Part shown: positions 21,525-31,720 of the stretch, in pieces
Position numbering within the stretch: position 1 is the first letter of the stretch
Layout of the letters: every line of letters begins with the position of its first letter
Position numbers and translations under genes: made by a program
DNA from: Propionibacteriaceae bacterium
GTDB taxonomy: Bacteria > Actinomycetota > Actinomycetes > Propionibacteriales > Propionibacteriaceae
Length of the DNA stretch: 32,000 nucleotides
Assembly (NCBI GenBank): GCA_031256725.1
Contig: JAIRQE010000015.1
Location: 1 to 32,000, forward strand
Direction of reading: 5' to 3'
The notes under the pieces: generated by a model
What the model saw: only the letters and a program-made list of their open reading frames with translations
Database searches by the model: none
Told to the model about the DNA's origin: nothing

Positions 21525-22637
21525 ATGAAGCTCAGGAAATTCGCAGCATTGGCCCTTGGGGCAACATTGGTGATGGGCTTATCCGCATGCAGCAGTACAA
21601 CCACTGAGGACGAAAGTACAGACCTTGGTACAGAAGCCCCAGTGGAGGTCACTGGCTTGATTGGTATCTCTCTGCCGACGCAGAGCCTCGAACGGTGGAA
21701 CAAGGATGCAACCAGTCTCACTGCGAGTCTGACAGAACTTGGTTTCACCACCACTGTGCAGTATGCAGATAATAAGGCCGACACCCAGATCTCCCAGATC
21801 CAGGAGATGATCACCAAGGAAGCTAAGGTTCTGGTTATTGCAGCCGTTGATGGAAATGCGCTCGCTCCTGTACTTCAAACCGCTGCTGATGCAGACATCA
21901 CAGTTATTGCTTATGATCGTCTGATGAGCGGATCGAACGTTGACTACTATGCAGCCTTCGACACCTATAAAGTTGGCCAACTCCAGGGTGAATTCATTGT
22001 GGAGGCACTAAAACTTGAAACCGCAGCGGGACCCTTCAGCATTGAGCCATTCGCGGGGCCCTCAGATGATGCTAACGCTGAAGCCTTCTTCGCGGGTGCC
22101 TGGGATATCCTTCTTCCCTACATCAAGTCAGGCAAACTGGTTGCCCAATCCGGTATGGCTCCAGCTAGTACCAAGGATTGGGCCTCTATCGCCATCCAAG
22201 GTTGGAGTGCTGATAGGACACGATCCACGATGGAAAGCAGGCTTACCTCGTACACTGACGGAGCCAAAGTTGACGTTGTGTTGAGCCCCAATGATTCGAT
22301 GGCCACGGGTATCACTGAAGCCCTTGAAGCTGTTGGCTACACCCCTGGTACAAACTGGCCTATCATTACCGGATATGGTGGCGATATTGCCAGCGTGAAG
22401 AATATTCTCGCTGATAAGCAGTCCATGACATTATGGAAGGACACCAGCGCCTTAAGTGCTCAGGTTGCCACCATGATTGACCAGATCCTTCGCGAGCAAA
22501 CCGTTGATGTGAACGACAAATCCAACCAGATTCCTTCCTATCTGCTTGCACCTGAGGTGATTGTCAAGAACACCGTCGAGTCGATCCTTGTTGAGAAGGG
22601 TTATTACACCAAGGATCAGTTGGGTCTGGCCGACTGA
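21525..22637 (+). CDS. Sugar ABC-transporter substrate-binding lipoprotein (ChvE/multiple-sugar-binding type)
   Basis: Signal peptide with lipobox LSAC and RBS GAAGGAG. The periplasmic-binding-protein type I pattern is present (IGISLPTQSLERWNKD..., VLVIAAVDGNAL, VIAYDRLM). Confidence 0.8.
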   Translation: MKLRKFAALALGATLVMGLSACSSTTTEDESTDLGTEAPVEVTGLIGISLPTQSLERWNKDATSLTASLTELGFTTTVQYADNKADTQISQIQEMITKEAKVLVIAAVDGNALAPVLQTAADADITVIAYDRLMSGSNVDYYAAFDTYKVGQLQGEFIVEALKLETAAGPFSIEPFAGPSDDANAEAFFAGAWDILLPYIKSGKLVAQSGMAPASTKDWASIAIQGWSADRTRSTMESRLTSYTDGAKVDVVLSPNDSMATGITEALEAVGYTPGTNWPIITGYGGDIASVKNILADKQSMTLWKDTSALSAQVATMIDQILREQTVDVNDKSNQIPSYLLAPEVIVKNTVESILVEKGYYTKDQLGLAD

Positions 22638-22670
22638 TTAATAACATCGACGAAACCGTTATTTCGCATA

Positions 22671-22718
22671 GTCGCAGGATTCACACATATCTTGGATCCT
22701 GCGACTTTGCTATTTCGG
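22671..22718 (+). terminator. Rho-independent terminator after the sugar-binding protein gene
   Basis: GTCGCAGGAT (22671-22680) pairs perfectly with ATCCTGCGAC (22696-22705). A T-rich tail, tttgctatttcgg, follows. Confidence 0.6.
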
Positions 22719-22795
22719 ACTACATGTTTGTTTCCTTGATAGGAAACAGTTGGACTCACAGGTTGTGTATCAAGGATTTCCGCTAGGCTCAGGAC

Positions 22796-24013
22796 ATGCC
22801 TGTTTTTCGCCCCTTCCCCGCACTGCGTTATTCATCAGACCTTGATCTGAACCTCGTCCTTGCCCCCCCCTATGATGTTCTGTCTGAGGATGATGTACAC
22901 GAACTTCACGAGAGCCATCCCCATAACATCACCCATGTTGATGTACCCGAAAATCAGGATTACTCCTATGCAGCAACGAAGCTCTGGGATTGGATTGAAG
23001 AAGGGATCCTCACTGCTGATAAGGATTACACCTTCTCGATCTATCGAATGGCTTTCACTGATCCCACGGGTACCCCCCGTGAGATTGTTGGTGTTCTTGG
23101 TGGGCTTGAGGTTGTTGATGATCCACTAGCACCCACAGATGAGTCGACCGAGGATCGAGGTACAACGGTCCTTCCTCACGAACGTACTACCCCCAAGGCT
23201 TCAACTGATCGTCTAGAACTCATGCATGCCACCGCAACAAACTCATCCCCAGTATGGGGTCTCTCCTTGGCTACTGGGTTGACTGCTGAACTCCATGAAC
23301 CAGGCGAGGTCCTTGGTTCCGTGGTGGTTGATGGGGCCACCCATACCGTTGAGCGTATCTCTGATCCTGATCGTATCGCCAGGATTCGTGAGATCATCGA
23401 ATCCGATGACGTACTCATCGCAGACGGGCATCATCGCTATGGTGTTTCCAGAATCTATCGTGATGAGGTACGAAACAAGACTGGGCGTCACAACACTCGC
23501 GCAGAGCGTACCCTGACGTTCATCAACGAACTCATTGAAGACCAGCTTTCTATCCAAGCCATTCACCGCCTGTACTCTGGGGCAAGTCCTGAAGCTCTTC
23601 GGTCTGGCTTGGAAACATGTTTTGACCTCTCACCTGTTACAGTGACCACCACCATCCTTGCTGAGATGGTTGACTTGGGGCGTTTGGTACTCCTGTGGCC
23701 TGACGGGTCAGCCGAGTGGCTCACACCTAAGCCTGGCGCATTCGATCATGTACGCTCCCTGGATGGGCTCTGGCTCGAAACTGCCCTAGAGGGCGTTCAG
23801 GTTGATGTGACCTACCAGCATGGCCTCGACGAGATGCGTGACTGTGTTGCAACAGGTACCTTCACTGCTGGGGTACTCATCCGCCCTACATCGATTGAAG
23901 AGATCCGACGTACCGCCCGTGAAGGGTTGCTCATGCCACCCAAGTCAACCTTCTTTACACCAAAACTTCTTACTGGATGGGTTCTTCGTGCCACTGAACC
24001 GCTGAAAGACTAG
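22796..24013 (+). CDS. DUF1015 family protein
   Basis: The N-terminus MPVFRPFPALRYSSDLDLNLVLAPPYDVLSEDD and the internal LIADGHHRY are the hallmark blocks of DUF1015, recalled from memory. Confidence 0.8.
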   Translation: MPVFRPFPALRYSSDLDLNLVLAPPYDVLSEDDVHELHESHPHNITHVDVPENQDYSYAATKLWDWIEEGILTADKDYTFSIYRMAFTDPTGTPREIVGVLGGLEVVDDPLAPTDESTEDRGTTVLPHERTTPKASTDRLELMHATATNSSPVWGLSLATGLTAELHEPGEVLGSVVVDGATHTVERISDPDRIARIREIIESDDVLIADGHHRYGVSRIYRDEVRNKTGRHNTRAERTLTFINELIEDQLSIQAIHRLYSGASPEALRSGLETCFDLSPVTVTTTILAEMVDLGRLVLLWPDGSAEWLTPKPGAFDHVRSLDGLWLETALEGVQVDVTYQHGLDEMRDCVATGTFTAGVLIRPTSIEEIRRTAREGLLMPPKSTFFTPKLLTGWVLRATEPLKD

Positions 24014-24057
24014 CTGAATACGAACAATACCCGTGATTGTCTTTCGTTGAAAGACCC

Positions 24058-24636
24058 ATGTGTTCTAGGCTTGACTGTGTGAACCCCAGCCTAGAATCTG
24101 CAGGTCCCACCTTAGTGGGGCTAGCAAGGCACATTATTGCTGAAGCCCTCGGTCTGCCGACTAAGGCTGTGGGTATCCCCCCATGGATGCATTCCCCCGG
24201 AGCCAGTTTCGTCACACTCACTATCGACGATCAGCTACGCGGATGCATCGGTTCGCTGACCGCCTACCGGCCTCTCGTTGATGACATTCGCTTCAACGCT
24301 TTCGCTGCCGCTTTCGAGGATCCTCGCTTCTATCCGTTGACCACTGAAGAGTACGACAAGGTTGCTGTTGAGGTCTCCCTGTTATCTGTACCCGAAACAA
24401 TGCCATCCTCTAGCCGCGATCAGGTTCTTTCTAGTCTTCGTCCTGGGATCGATGGGGTTATCTTGACCAGCCGACGTGGACGCACCACTGTTCTCCCGCA
24501 AGTCTGGGAGGACTACCCCACTCCTGCAGAGTTCCTTGATTACTTGCTGACTACAGCTGGTCTGAAACCCGATTATTGGGGCAACGACATCAGCATCGAA
24601 CGCTACCATGTTTCCATCTATGATGAGGGCCACTAA
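24058..24636 (+). CDS. AMMECR1-domain protein
   Basis: ASFVTLTIDDQLRGCIGSLTAYRPLVDDIRFNAFAAAFEDPRF contains the RGCIG motif. ATG at 24058; a TTG lies at 24037. Confidence 0.8.
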   Translation: MCSRLDCVNPSLESAGPTLVGLARHIIAEALGLPTKAVGIPPWMHSPGASFVTLTIDDQLRGCIGSLTAYRPLVDDIRFNAFAAAFEDPRFYPLTTEEYDKVAVEVSLLSVPETMPSSSRDQVLSSLRPGIDGVILTSRRGRTTVLPQVWEDYPTPAEFLDYLLTTAGLKPDYWGNDISIERYHVSIYDEGH

Positions 24637-24639
24637 CCT

Positions 24640-26469
24640 TCACTCAGCGAGAAAACCCGCGACAAGTGCGATCACCTCACTGCCATAGCTCTCCAGCTTC
24701 GCAGCCCCCACTCCAGAAACCTGGGCAAGGTCCTCAACAGTCGTGGGCTTCTTGGCAGCAATTTCTTTGAGCGTGCGGTCATGGAAGACCACATAAGGTG
24801 GTACTGCTCTGGTCGTGGCCTCCTGTCGGCGCCACACCCTCAAAGCTTCAAACAAACCAGGATCGAAAGGATCCTCGACTTGTGAACCTCGAGGAGTCGA
24901 CCTGGGCTTTTCTTTCACACTTGCTGCCTTGCGATGTACGTCCTCCCTCAAAGGTACTGCCCGACTCCCTCGAAGTACCTCCCAACCCAAGTCAGTGATC
25001 GCCACCGTGGAATGCTGGGCCAAAGCCAGATCGCCTCGGGCCAATAGTTGGCGAGCCACAGAACGCCATTGGGCAGTGGAAAGATCTGTACCAATCCCCC
25101 AGGTTGTGATCTCAGTGTGGTTGTACTGTCGGACCTTATCGGTACCATTGCCCCGTAGGATATCAACAATATGGGTTGCACCAAAGCGTGGACCATGCCG
25201 TTGATCAAGACGTACGACGGTGGACAGAAACTTTTGTGCAGCCTGTGTAGCATCCCATTGCTGAGGCTTGGTCATGCAGGTATCACAGTTTCCACATGGT
25301 TCGGAACTCTCACCAAAATAACTCAACATGTTTTGACGTCGACACTCAACCGTCTCACATAGAGCAAGCATCGCATTGAGGTGGGCTGTCAGTTTCATTT
25401 TATGATCATGGTCACCCTGGGACTCTTCGATCATGGTTCGCTGTTTCATGACATCACCTAGACCATAGGCCATCCAGGCTGTTGCAGGTTCACCATCTCG
25501 TCCGGCCCGCCCCGTTTCCTGGTAGTACCCTTCGATGGACTTGGGAAGATCAACATGGGCAACGAAGCGTACATCGGGTTTGTCGATACCCATCCCAAAA
25601 GCGATAGTGGCCACAACAACAAGTCGGTCCTCATTCAGGAAGCGAATCTGGTTGTCATGTCGAGTGACGGGATCCAATCCAGCATGATAGGCAAGAGCGG
25701 GTATCCCTGCCCGAGTTAGTTCCTCGGCAAGCTTCTCTGTGTTCGCCCTCGTCAGTGTGTACACAATCCCGGCATGATCTGGGTGTTCCCGACTAATGAA
25801 ACTGATGAGTTGCTTCGTCACCGAATCCTTGGGTTCGATACGGTAGGTGATGTTGGGCCGATCGAAGGAGGACACGAAGTGTCGAGCCTGCCCTAAGCGC
25901 AGTCTCTCAGTGATCTCGGTGTGCGTGGCTTTGGTGGCGGTTGCTGTGAGTGCGATTCTGGGTACATCAGGCCACAGCTCCGCAAGAATGGATAAGCCCA
26001 AATAGTCTGGCCGGAAGTCGTGCCCCCATTGGGATACACAGTGGGCTTCATCGATAGCAAACAGTGAGATCTTTGTTCGGCCTAAGAGTTCTTGGGTACC
26101 AGGCATCGACAATCGCTCGGGGGCGATGTACAGCAGGTCGAGGTTTCCGGAAAGAAAGGTGGCCTCCATGGCAGATCTTTGATCACTGTACTGGGTCGAG
26201 TTAAGAAACCCAGCTCTGATCCCCACCTGGTTAAGAGCATTCACCTGATCTTGCATGAGCGCGATCAGTGGGGAGATTACTACCGCAGTACCCTCCCTCA
26301 ATAGCGCAGGAATTTGGTAGCAAAGAGACTTGCCCCCACCAGTGGGCATGAGTACGACTGCATCACCACCACTGATAACGTGATCGATGATCTCTGCTTG
26401 ATCCCCTCGGAAGCCGTGATAGCCGAAGATGGTACGAAGAACCTGCTCAGCGCTGGTGTAGGGTGCCAT
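24640..26469 (-). CDS. recQ: ATP-dependent DNA helicase RecQ
   Basis: Walker A MPTGGGKSLCYQ, DEAH box AIDEAHCVSQWGHDFRPDY, Zn-binding Cys cluster C...CGNCDTC, and a C-terminal HRDC domain (PPYVVFHDRTLKEIAAKKPTTVEDLAQVSGVGAAKLESYG). Confidence 0.95.
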   Translation of the reverse strand: MAPYTSAEQVLRTIFGYHGFRGDQAEIIDHVISGGDAVVLMPTGGGKSLCYQIPALLREGTAVVISPLIALMQDQVNALNQVGIRAGFLNSTQYSDQRSAMEATFLSGNLDLLYIAPERLSMPGTQELLGRTKISLFAIDEAHCVSQWGHDFRPDYLGLSILAELWPDVPRIALTATATKATHTEITERLRLGQARHFVSSFDRPNITYRIEPKDSVTKQLISFISREHPDHAGIVYTLTRANTEKLAEELTRAGIPALAYHAGLDPVTRHDNQIRFLNEDRLVVVATIAFGMGIDKPDVRFVAHVDLPKSIEGYYQETGRAGRDGEPATAWMAYGLGDVMKQRTMIEESQGDHDHKMKLTAHLNAMLALCETVECRRQNMLSYFGESSEPCGNCDTCMTKPQQWDATQAAQKFLSTVVRLDQRHGPRFGATHIVDILRGNGTDKVRQYNHTEITTWGIGTDLSTAQWRSVARQLLARGDLALAQHSTVAITDLGWEVLRGSRAVPLREDVHRKAASVKEKPRSTPRGSQVEDPFDPGLFEALRVWRRQEATTRAVPPYVVFHDRTLKEIAAKKPTTVEDLAQVSGVGAAKLESYGSEVIALVAGFLAE

Positions 26470-26517
26470 GGTTTGACCCTAGCGTCTGCTAGCGACACCT
26501 ATGCGGTTATCCACAAT

Positions 26518-28107
26518 TCATCGTCGCTCGTGGTGAAGCTGATGGTGACGCTGGTTGCGTTTGCGAACTAGTTTCACGATAAGCAGAATCAGACCAACGA
26601 TAACCAGGATTGCGCCGATACCAGCAATACCGATCAGACCGAAGAATGAAATCTGAGTAATAGCACTACCTTCGCCTTTGAGGCCCGCCACCCCAACGGT
26701 GGCGCGGATCGTACCTGTGAAGAAATCGTTTTGGTCGCTCCATTTGACGGTGGAAAGCCCAACACTTTGGAAGGCTACTGTTCCCTCATTGACATCCAAG
26801 ATGGCATTACCGGGACCCAAACTCCACATGACGATCCCTGAATCTCCTTGGGTGGCTACCAGCTTAGGCAGTTCCTTGATCTCCTTGGGATTCGGTGACC
26901 ATGTGAGCACCTGGTTGGCGAGGGAGAAGATGGTGACCCCCTTGCCTATTTCTTCCTGCTGTGGTGACAAGACCGATTCAACCAGGTCAAAGCTGAGGGC
27001 AGATGCATCGGTGATGGCATTGCCCGTCAAAGTCCACGTAATACAGGGGTTGCCCCGATCATTCACGCAATTGACGAGATCAGTAAGAGGAGCCAGATCA
27101 GAGATCCGGTTATTGTGAAGATAGATTCCTTCGCTTGGGCGAAGGTGGGCGATAGGTCCAGGATCCTCAATAAGGTTTCCAGACAGATCCAGGAAATAGA
27201 GTTTCGAGAACTCAGCCAAGGGGGTCACGTCTGTGATCTTGTTATTGGACAGATCCAGGTTCGACAGGACTGACAGGGACTCTAGGCCGGTGAGATCCTC
27301 AAGATCCATACTGTGCAGGGAAAGAATCTGGAGGTTGACCATAGTGGACAACAATGAGAGGTCCGTGACCTTATTCTTCCCCAATTCCAGGTGGTACAAC
27401 CGTGTCAACGATGCGAGACTGGACACATCTGAAACCTGATTACCCGAAATGTCGAGCATCCCCATGCTTTGCATCCCAGCCAATGGTTCAACATTGGACA
27501 CCTTGTTGTTGAGAAGAGAGAGCCGCTGTACTGCGGTCAGACCCGCCAAGGGAGTCAGATCAGCAATATCATTGGCCCCTAATTCAAGCTGCTCGATCCC
27601 CGTTAACCCACTTAACGGCGTAAGGTCAGAGATGTTATTCCCTGCCAATGTGAGGTTTTGCATACCGGTCATGGATGCTAGGGGAGTGATGTCTTTAATT
27701 TTGTTTCCCAGCAGGGAGAGTTCCTTCACCTTTGTGAACCCTGCTAGGGGCGCAATGTCGGTGATGCGCCCTTCTGTGAGGAGAACAGATGTGAATCCTG
27801 GTTCAGGGATCAGTTGAAGACCCTCAACAGAGACAACACCTTGGCACTCTAGACGACGAGCACCCGTGAGTAGATCCAAGTCAGCCTGATTCACTTCAGT
27901 GAGGGCCCGCTGATAATTGGCTGTGTCGGGTTTGTACTCATCGGAAACCGTTGACAGTACATCAGCAATACACAGTCTCAAGGCTTCATCTTCAATCAGA
28001 CCAACAGCATGGGCATTCGTACCTGGTAGACACATGCCAATGGCCATCGCTATAGCAAATGCAAAGCAAGCCCATCGTGATTGTGGGCGCGTTAAGACCC
28101 TCCCCAC
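26518..28107 (-). CDS. Internalin-like leucine-rich-repeat surface protein with a C-terminal TM anchor
   Basis: Signal peptide [24 protein letters not shown], followed by about 11-12 consecutive 22-residue LRRs (L..L.L..N.I.D[IL].PL..L). A beta-rich domain follows, then [24 protein letters not shown] and a basic tail, [19 protein letters not shown] see no LPXTG. I chose the GTG at 28107; the ORF is open to 28266. Confidence 0.75.
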   Translation of the reverse strand: MGRVLTRPQSRWACFAFAIAMAIGMCLPGTNAHAVGLIEDEALRLCIADVLSTVSDEYKPDTANYQRALTEVNQADLDLLTGARRLECQGVVSVEGLQLIPEPGFTSVLLTEGRITDIAPLAGFTKVKELSLLGNKIKDITPLASMTGMQNLTLAGNNISDLTPLSGLTGIEQLELGANDIADLTPLAGLTAVQRLSLLNNKVSNVEPLAGMQSMGMLDISGNQVSDVSSLASLTRLYHLELGKNKVTDLSLLSTMVNLQILSLHSMDLEDLTGLESLSVLSNLDLSNNKITDVTPLAEFSKLYFLDLSGNLIEDPGPIAHLRPSEGIYLHNNRISDLAPLTDLVNCVNDRGNPCITWTLTGNAITDASALSFDLVESVLSPQQEEIGKGVTIFSLANQVLTWSPNPKEIKELPKLVATQGDSGIVMWSLGPGNAILDVNEGTVAFQSVGLSTVKWSDQNDFFTGTIRATVGVAGLKGEGSAITQISFFGLIGIAGIGAILVIVGLILLIVKLVRKRNQRHHQLHHERR

Positions 28108-28335
28108 GTGGACTTCATCACAAAGATGAGTTGTCGACACAATCAGCCTTTTCTTCTCAGCAATCGGGAATCCCAGCCTACTCCATGGAATCGGGTCTTG
28201 AACACCGATTTTATATCCCCCTTCGAGACACGGGCCTGTGCAAGCTCTGTCCCATGTACAAACCATGAGAAGATAGTGAGACTCACGACCACCTGTTCAC
28301 GCCCATACGTGGGTCCTGGGGAGGAAAGGATATCC

Positions 28336-29256
28336 ATGTCTGACCATGATCTTGTCATCATAGGTTCTGGGCCCGCAGGTTACACTGCCGCCATCTATGC
28401 TGCTCGTGCTGGACTGGCACCAGTAGTACTCACGGGTACCCTCACTGCTGGTGGGGCCCTGATGACCACCACTGATGTGGAAAACTTCCCCGGATTCCCT
28501 GAGGGTGTCATGGGTCCAGATCTGATGGATAAGATGCGCGCCCAAGCTGAACGTTTTGGGGCGATCCTGGTTGAAGAGGATGCCATATCTGTGGATCTCG
28601 AAGGTCCAGTGAAAACCATCGTGGACTCCAACGACGCGACGTATCATGCGAAGGCTGTGATCCTGGCTATGGGTTCCGCTTATCGCAAACTGGGTATCCC
28701 TGATGAGGAACGTCTTTCTGGGCGTGGGGTCTCATGGTGTGCCACCTGTGACGGATTCTTCTATCGCGACAAGGATATTGCTGTAATCGGTGGAGGGGAC
28801 TCAGCCTTGGAGGAGGCAACTTTCCTGACTCGTTTTGCTCGCACAGTGACCCTCGTTCATCGCCGTGACGAGTTGCGTGGATCAGCCATCATGCAAGAGC
28901 GCGCCCGTACCAATCCCAAGATCCGCTTTGAACTTAATGCTGTTGTGTCCGGGATCACTGGAGAATCCGAGGTTGAGGGCCTCCAGGTGAGCGACACTGT
29001 CACTGGGGAAACCCGAAACATTGAGGTACAAGGGGTTTTCGTGGCTATCGGACATGAACCTCGCAACGATTTGGTACGTGACCAGGTTGGGCTCGACGAA
29101 GCTGGATATGTTCGCGTCGCTGATCCCTCAACCCACACCTCGATTTCTGGGGTCTTCGCCTGCGGAGACCTCGTTGACCATTCCTATCGTCAAGCTATTA
29201 CCGCAGCCGGCTCTGGGTGTCGTGCTGCATTGGATGCCGAACGCTTCCTCGCCTAG
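28336..29256 (+). CDS. trxB: Thioredoxin-disulfide reductase
   Basis: FAD site [12 protein letters not shown], redox centre CATCDG, NADPH site [10 protein letters not shown]. The RBS GGAGGAAAGGA precedes the ATG at 28336. The ORF is open from 28108. Confidence 0.95.
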   Translation: MSDHDLVIIGSGPAGYTAAIYAARAGLAPVVLTGTLTAGGALMTTTDVENFPGFPEGVMGPDLMDKMRAQAERFGAILVEEDAISVDLEGPVKTIVDSNDATYHAKAVILAMGSAYRKLGIPDEERLSGRGVSWCATCDGFFYRDKDIAVIGGGDSALEEATFLTRFARTVTLVHRRDELRGSAIMQERARTNPKIRFELNAVVSGITGESEVEGLQVSDTVTGETRNIEVQGVFVAIGHEPRNDLVRDQVGLDEAGYVRVADPSTHTSISGVFACGDLVDHSYRQAITAAGSGCRAALDAERFLA

Positions 29257-29268
29257 TTAAGGAGAATC

Positions 29269-29583
29269 ATGTCTGTAACCGCTATCTCTTATGCCGATTT
29301 CCAGCAGGACGTACTTGAGAGTCCTGTACCAGTGCTCGTCGACTTCTGGGCCAACTGGTGTGTACCGTGTAAGAAGCTTGCCCCCATTCTTGAAGAACTC
29401 TCCGAGACCTATAGCCAGGTAAAGTTTGTGTCGGTGGACACCGAGGAGAATCCGGACGCCATGTTGGCTCACGACATTCGTACCCTGCCAACGGTTCTGA
29501 TCTTCCGTGGCGGTGAGCTCGTGGAGTCCTTCCTGGGTGATGTACCCAAGCTGAAACTTCGCGCAGCCCTCGACTCTTTGTAA
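29269..29583 (+). CDS. trxA: Thioredoxin (active site WCVPC)
   Basis: 104 aa: VLVDFWANWCVPCKKLAPILEEL...TLPTVLIFRGGE. It starts 10 nt downstream of trxB. Confidence 0.9.
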   Translation: MSVTAISYADFQQDVLESPVPVLVDFWANWCVPCKKLAPILEELSETYSQVKFVSVDTEENPDAMLAHDIRTLPTVLIFRGGELVESFLGDVPKLKLRAALDSL

Positions 29584-29588
29584 GAGAC

Positions 29589-30182
29589 CTACAAGGTACG
29601 ATTCGCAGGCTGATCTGAGAGTTGGATTCCGGGTCGATGAAACCATTCGAGACGGTTGTACATCCATGAGGCCAAACTTGAGAAGGTGAGCCTGTAGCGC
29701 TGGGCCGGGTACCTTATTGGCTGAAAGCCCAGACTAAGCAGAAGGCTGGGTGCAGGGGTTAACACCGTGTGGGGTATTCCTGGTGGTGAAGCCTGGGCTT
29801 CAAGGCAGTTGACTGTGGTACGCAGGTGTTTGACAAGAACCTGACATAGTTTTTTAGCTATGGGGATTGGGATGCTCTCACTGGCTATGAACACAGTCAT
29901 GAGTGCGGCTGTATCGTTATTGATCCCAGATGCTGATACAGGATGTGTTCTGGGGATTCCGGTCGACGACGTGACGAGAATTACTCCCATCCATGTCTCA
30001 TCACCTGGAATACCAACCCCACAAAATCCGAAGGAATCCGTGGCTGACTTGGCCATATGTTCACGTTCTATCTCAATTATTGGACACACCATAGAGTCGA
30101 GAGCCATCACGTCAGCAGCAGACAGTACCCGCGTGGTACCCCATTTGTGAGGCCCTGGATTGGTGACCAGACTGTGTGCCAT
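29589..30182 (-). CDS. Hypothetical protein
   Basis: 197-aa ORF convergent with trxA. I recognise no motif, and the start is uncertain. Part of it is equally open on the opposite strand (29860..30150). Confidence 0.35.
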   Translation of the reverse strand: MAHSLVTNPGPHKWGTTRVLSAADVMALDSMVCPIIEIEREHMAKSATDSFGFCGVGIPGDETWMGVILVTSSTGIPRTHPVSASGINNDTAALMTVFIASESIPIPIAKKLCQVLVKHLRTTVNCLEAQASPPGIPHTVLTPAPSLLLSLGFQPIRYPAQRYRLTFSSLASWMYNRLEWFHRPGIQLSDQPANRTL

Positions 30183-30219
30183 ACAAGCATCGTAGAGGTT
30201 TTTCGGGCAAAGTTATCCT

Positions 30220-31527
30220 ATGACTGTCCCCGAAAAGAGAGTAGAGACACGCCTCGACCCCTATGTCGACGTGTATGCACAGCGCACCCAGGGCCTGCGG
30301 GTCTCTGCTGTACGAGCTCTTTTCGCCGTCGCCAATCGGCCTGAGGTGGTCTCCCTAGCTGGTGGAATGCCCAATATCACCGACCTGCCCCTCGACGTCT
30401 TGGGGTCAGTCATCGGTGACCTCATCAAATCCCGTGGCCCACAGATCATGAACTATGGTTCCGGTCAGGGTGAGGAGAGGATCCGTGAGCAGATCTGTGA
30501 GGTCATGGCCCTAGAAAAGGTTGAGGCATCCCCCGATGATCTGATGATCTCATGCGGATCCCAGCAGGGACTTGATCTTGTCACCCGTACCTTCATTGAC
30601 CCTGGGGATGTCATTCTTGTCGAGTCCCCCACTTATGTGGGCGCCTTGGGTACCTTCTCCTCCTACCAGGCCCAGGTCGTACACGTGGACACCGATGAGG
30701 ATGGATTGATCCCGAGCGCGTTCAGGGCTGCCACTATTGCTGCTCGCGCTGCTGGACGCAAAGTGAAATTCCTGTATACGATTCCGAACTTCAACAACCC
30801 CTCTGGGGTGATGATGAGTATAGTTCGCCGCCGGGAACTCTTGGAGGCAGCCAAAGAACTCGACGTTGTGATCGTTGAAGACAACCCCTATGGCTTGCTT
30901 GCGATCGATGTACCACCCCAGCCCGCATTGAGGTCAATGGATGGGGGCCAGGTGATCTACTTGGGCTCCTTCTCCAAGACTTTTGCTCCCGGTTTTCGAG
31001 TCGGCTGGGTCCTTGCTCCTCCGGCTGTACTCAAAAAACTTGTCTTGGCCCAGGAATCTGCAACCCTATGCCCGCCAGTATTCTCGCAATTCGCGATCTC
31101 GGAGTATCTTGCGAACTGGGATTGGCAGGGCCAAGTTGAGGCCTTCCGGTCGATGTACCGTGAACGCAGGGATGCGATGTTGCGTGGCCTGGATGACCAT
31201 ATGCCTGCTGGAGCAACCTGGACTCGCCCCAAGGGTGGGTTCTTTGTGTGGCTGACTCTGCCGGAGGGTTTCGACTCGGATCAATTGAGTGCCCGGGCGA
31301 CCTCACACCGTGTGGCCTATGTACCTGGTACTGCTTTCTATGCCGATGGCTTAGGGTCTCGCAATATGCGCTTGAGTTACTGTTTCCCTACGCCAGAACG
31401 TATTTATGAGGGTACCCGTCGGCTCGGCGAAGCGATCGCCGAAGAGATCGAATTGCGGACCACCTTCGGGTTGGTGAACCCGAAATCTGCCCTCTCTGTC
31501 GGGCACGGACGCGAGTCGTCATCATGA
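30220..31527 (+). CDS. PLP-dependent aminotransferase (class I/II, LysN/2-aminoadipate-transaminase-like)
   Basis: Contains SLAGGMP, NYGSGQGEERIRE, VESPTYVGAL, NPSG, and LGSFSKTFAPGFRVGW with the PLP lysine. Confidence 0.85.
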   Translation: MTVPEKRVETRLDPYVDVYAQRTQGLRVSAVRALFAVANRPEVVSLAGGMPNITDLPLDVLGSVIGDLIKSRGPQIMNYGSGQGEERIREQICEVMALEKVEASPDDLMISCGSQQGLDLVTRTFIDPGDVILVESPTYVGALGTFSSYQAQVVHVDTDEDGLIPSAFRAATIAARAAGRKVKFLYTIPNFNNPSGVMMSIVRRRELLEAAKELDVVIVEDNPYGLLAIDVPPQPALRSMDGGQVIYLGSFSKTFAPGFRVGWVLAPPAVLKKLVLAQESATLCPPVFSQFAISEYLANWDWQGQVEAFRSMYRERRDAMLRGLDDHMPAGATWTRPKGGFFVWLTLPEGFDSDQLSARATSHRVAYVPGTAFYADGLGSRNMRLSYCFPTPERIYEGTRRLGEAIAEEIELRTTFGLVNPKSALSVGHGRESSS

Positions 31528-31587
31528 GATCTGTCGCGAACCGGTCCATCCTGAGTTACGGAAACCTTCCCCTTGGCCCATCGGCCC

Positions 31588-31615
31588 AGTGCCAGGGGGA
31601 TGAGTGCCAGGGGGA
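31588..31615. repeat. Short direct repeat AGTGCCAGGGGGA, two copies 15 nt apart
   Basis: The sequence at 31588-31600 is repeated at 31603-31615. The second copy runs into GGGGACGCATCTCCTGATAT, which resembles the 3' core of repeats A and B. Confidence 0.7.
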
Positions 31616-31694
31616 CGCATCTCCTGATATGCGGTTCACACCCATTCGTTCGATCATGGATGAGCGTTTCACACCTGATCAGCCACAACTCACT

Positions 31695-31720
31695 GTGTCA
31701 GGAGATACGTCTCCTGACAC
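31695..31720. repeat. Perfect palindrome/hairpin (11-bp arms, 4-nt loop) upstream of ddl
   Basis: GTGTCAGGAGA-tacg-TCTCCTGACAC. It lies 168 nt after the aminotransferase stop and 28 nt before the ddl ATG. No T-tract follows. Confidence 0.85.

Noticed and set aside
28108-28335. 76-codon N-terminal extension of trxB, and the 53-codon extension of the LRR ORF (28108..28266)
   Set aside because: The trxB FAD-binding N-terminus starts at ATG 28336 behind a strong RBS. The LRR protein's signal peptide begins just after the GTG at 28107. The extensions overlap each other on opposite strands.
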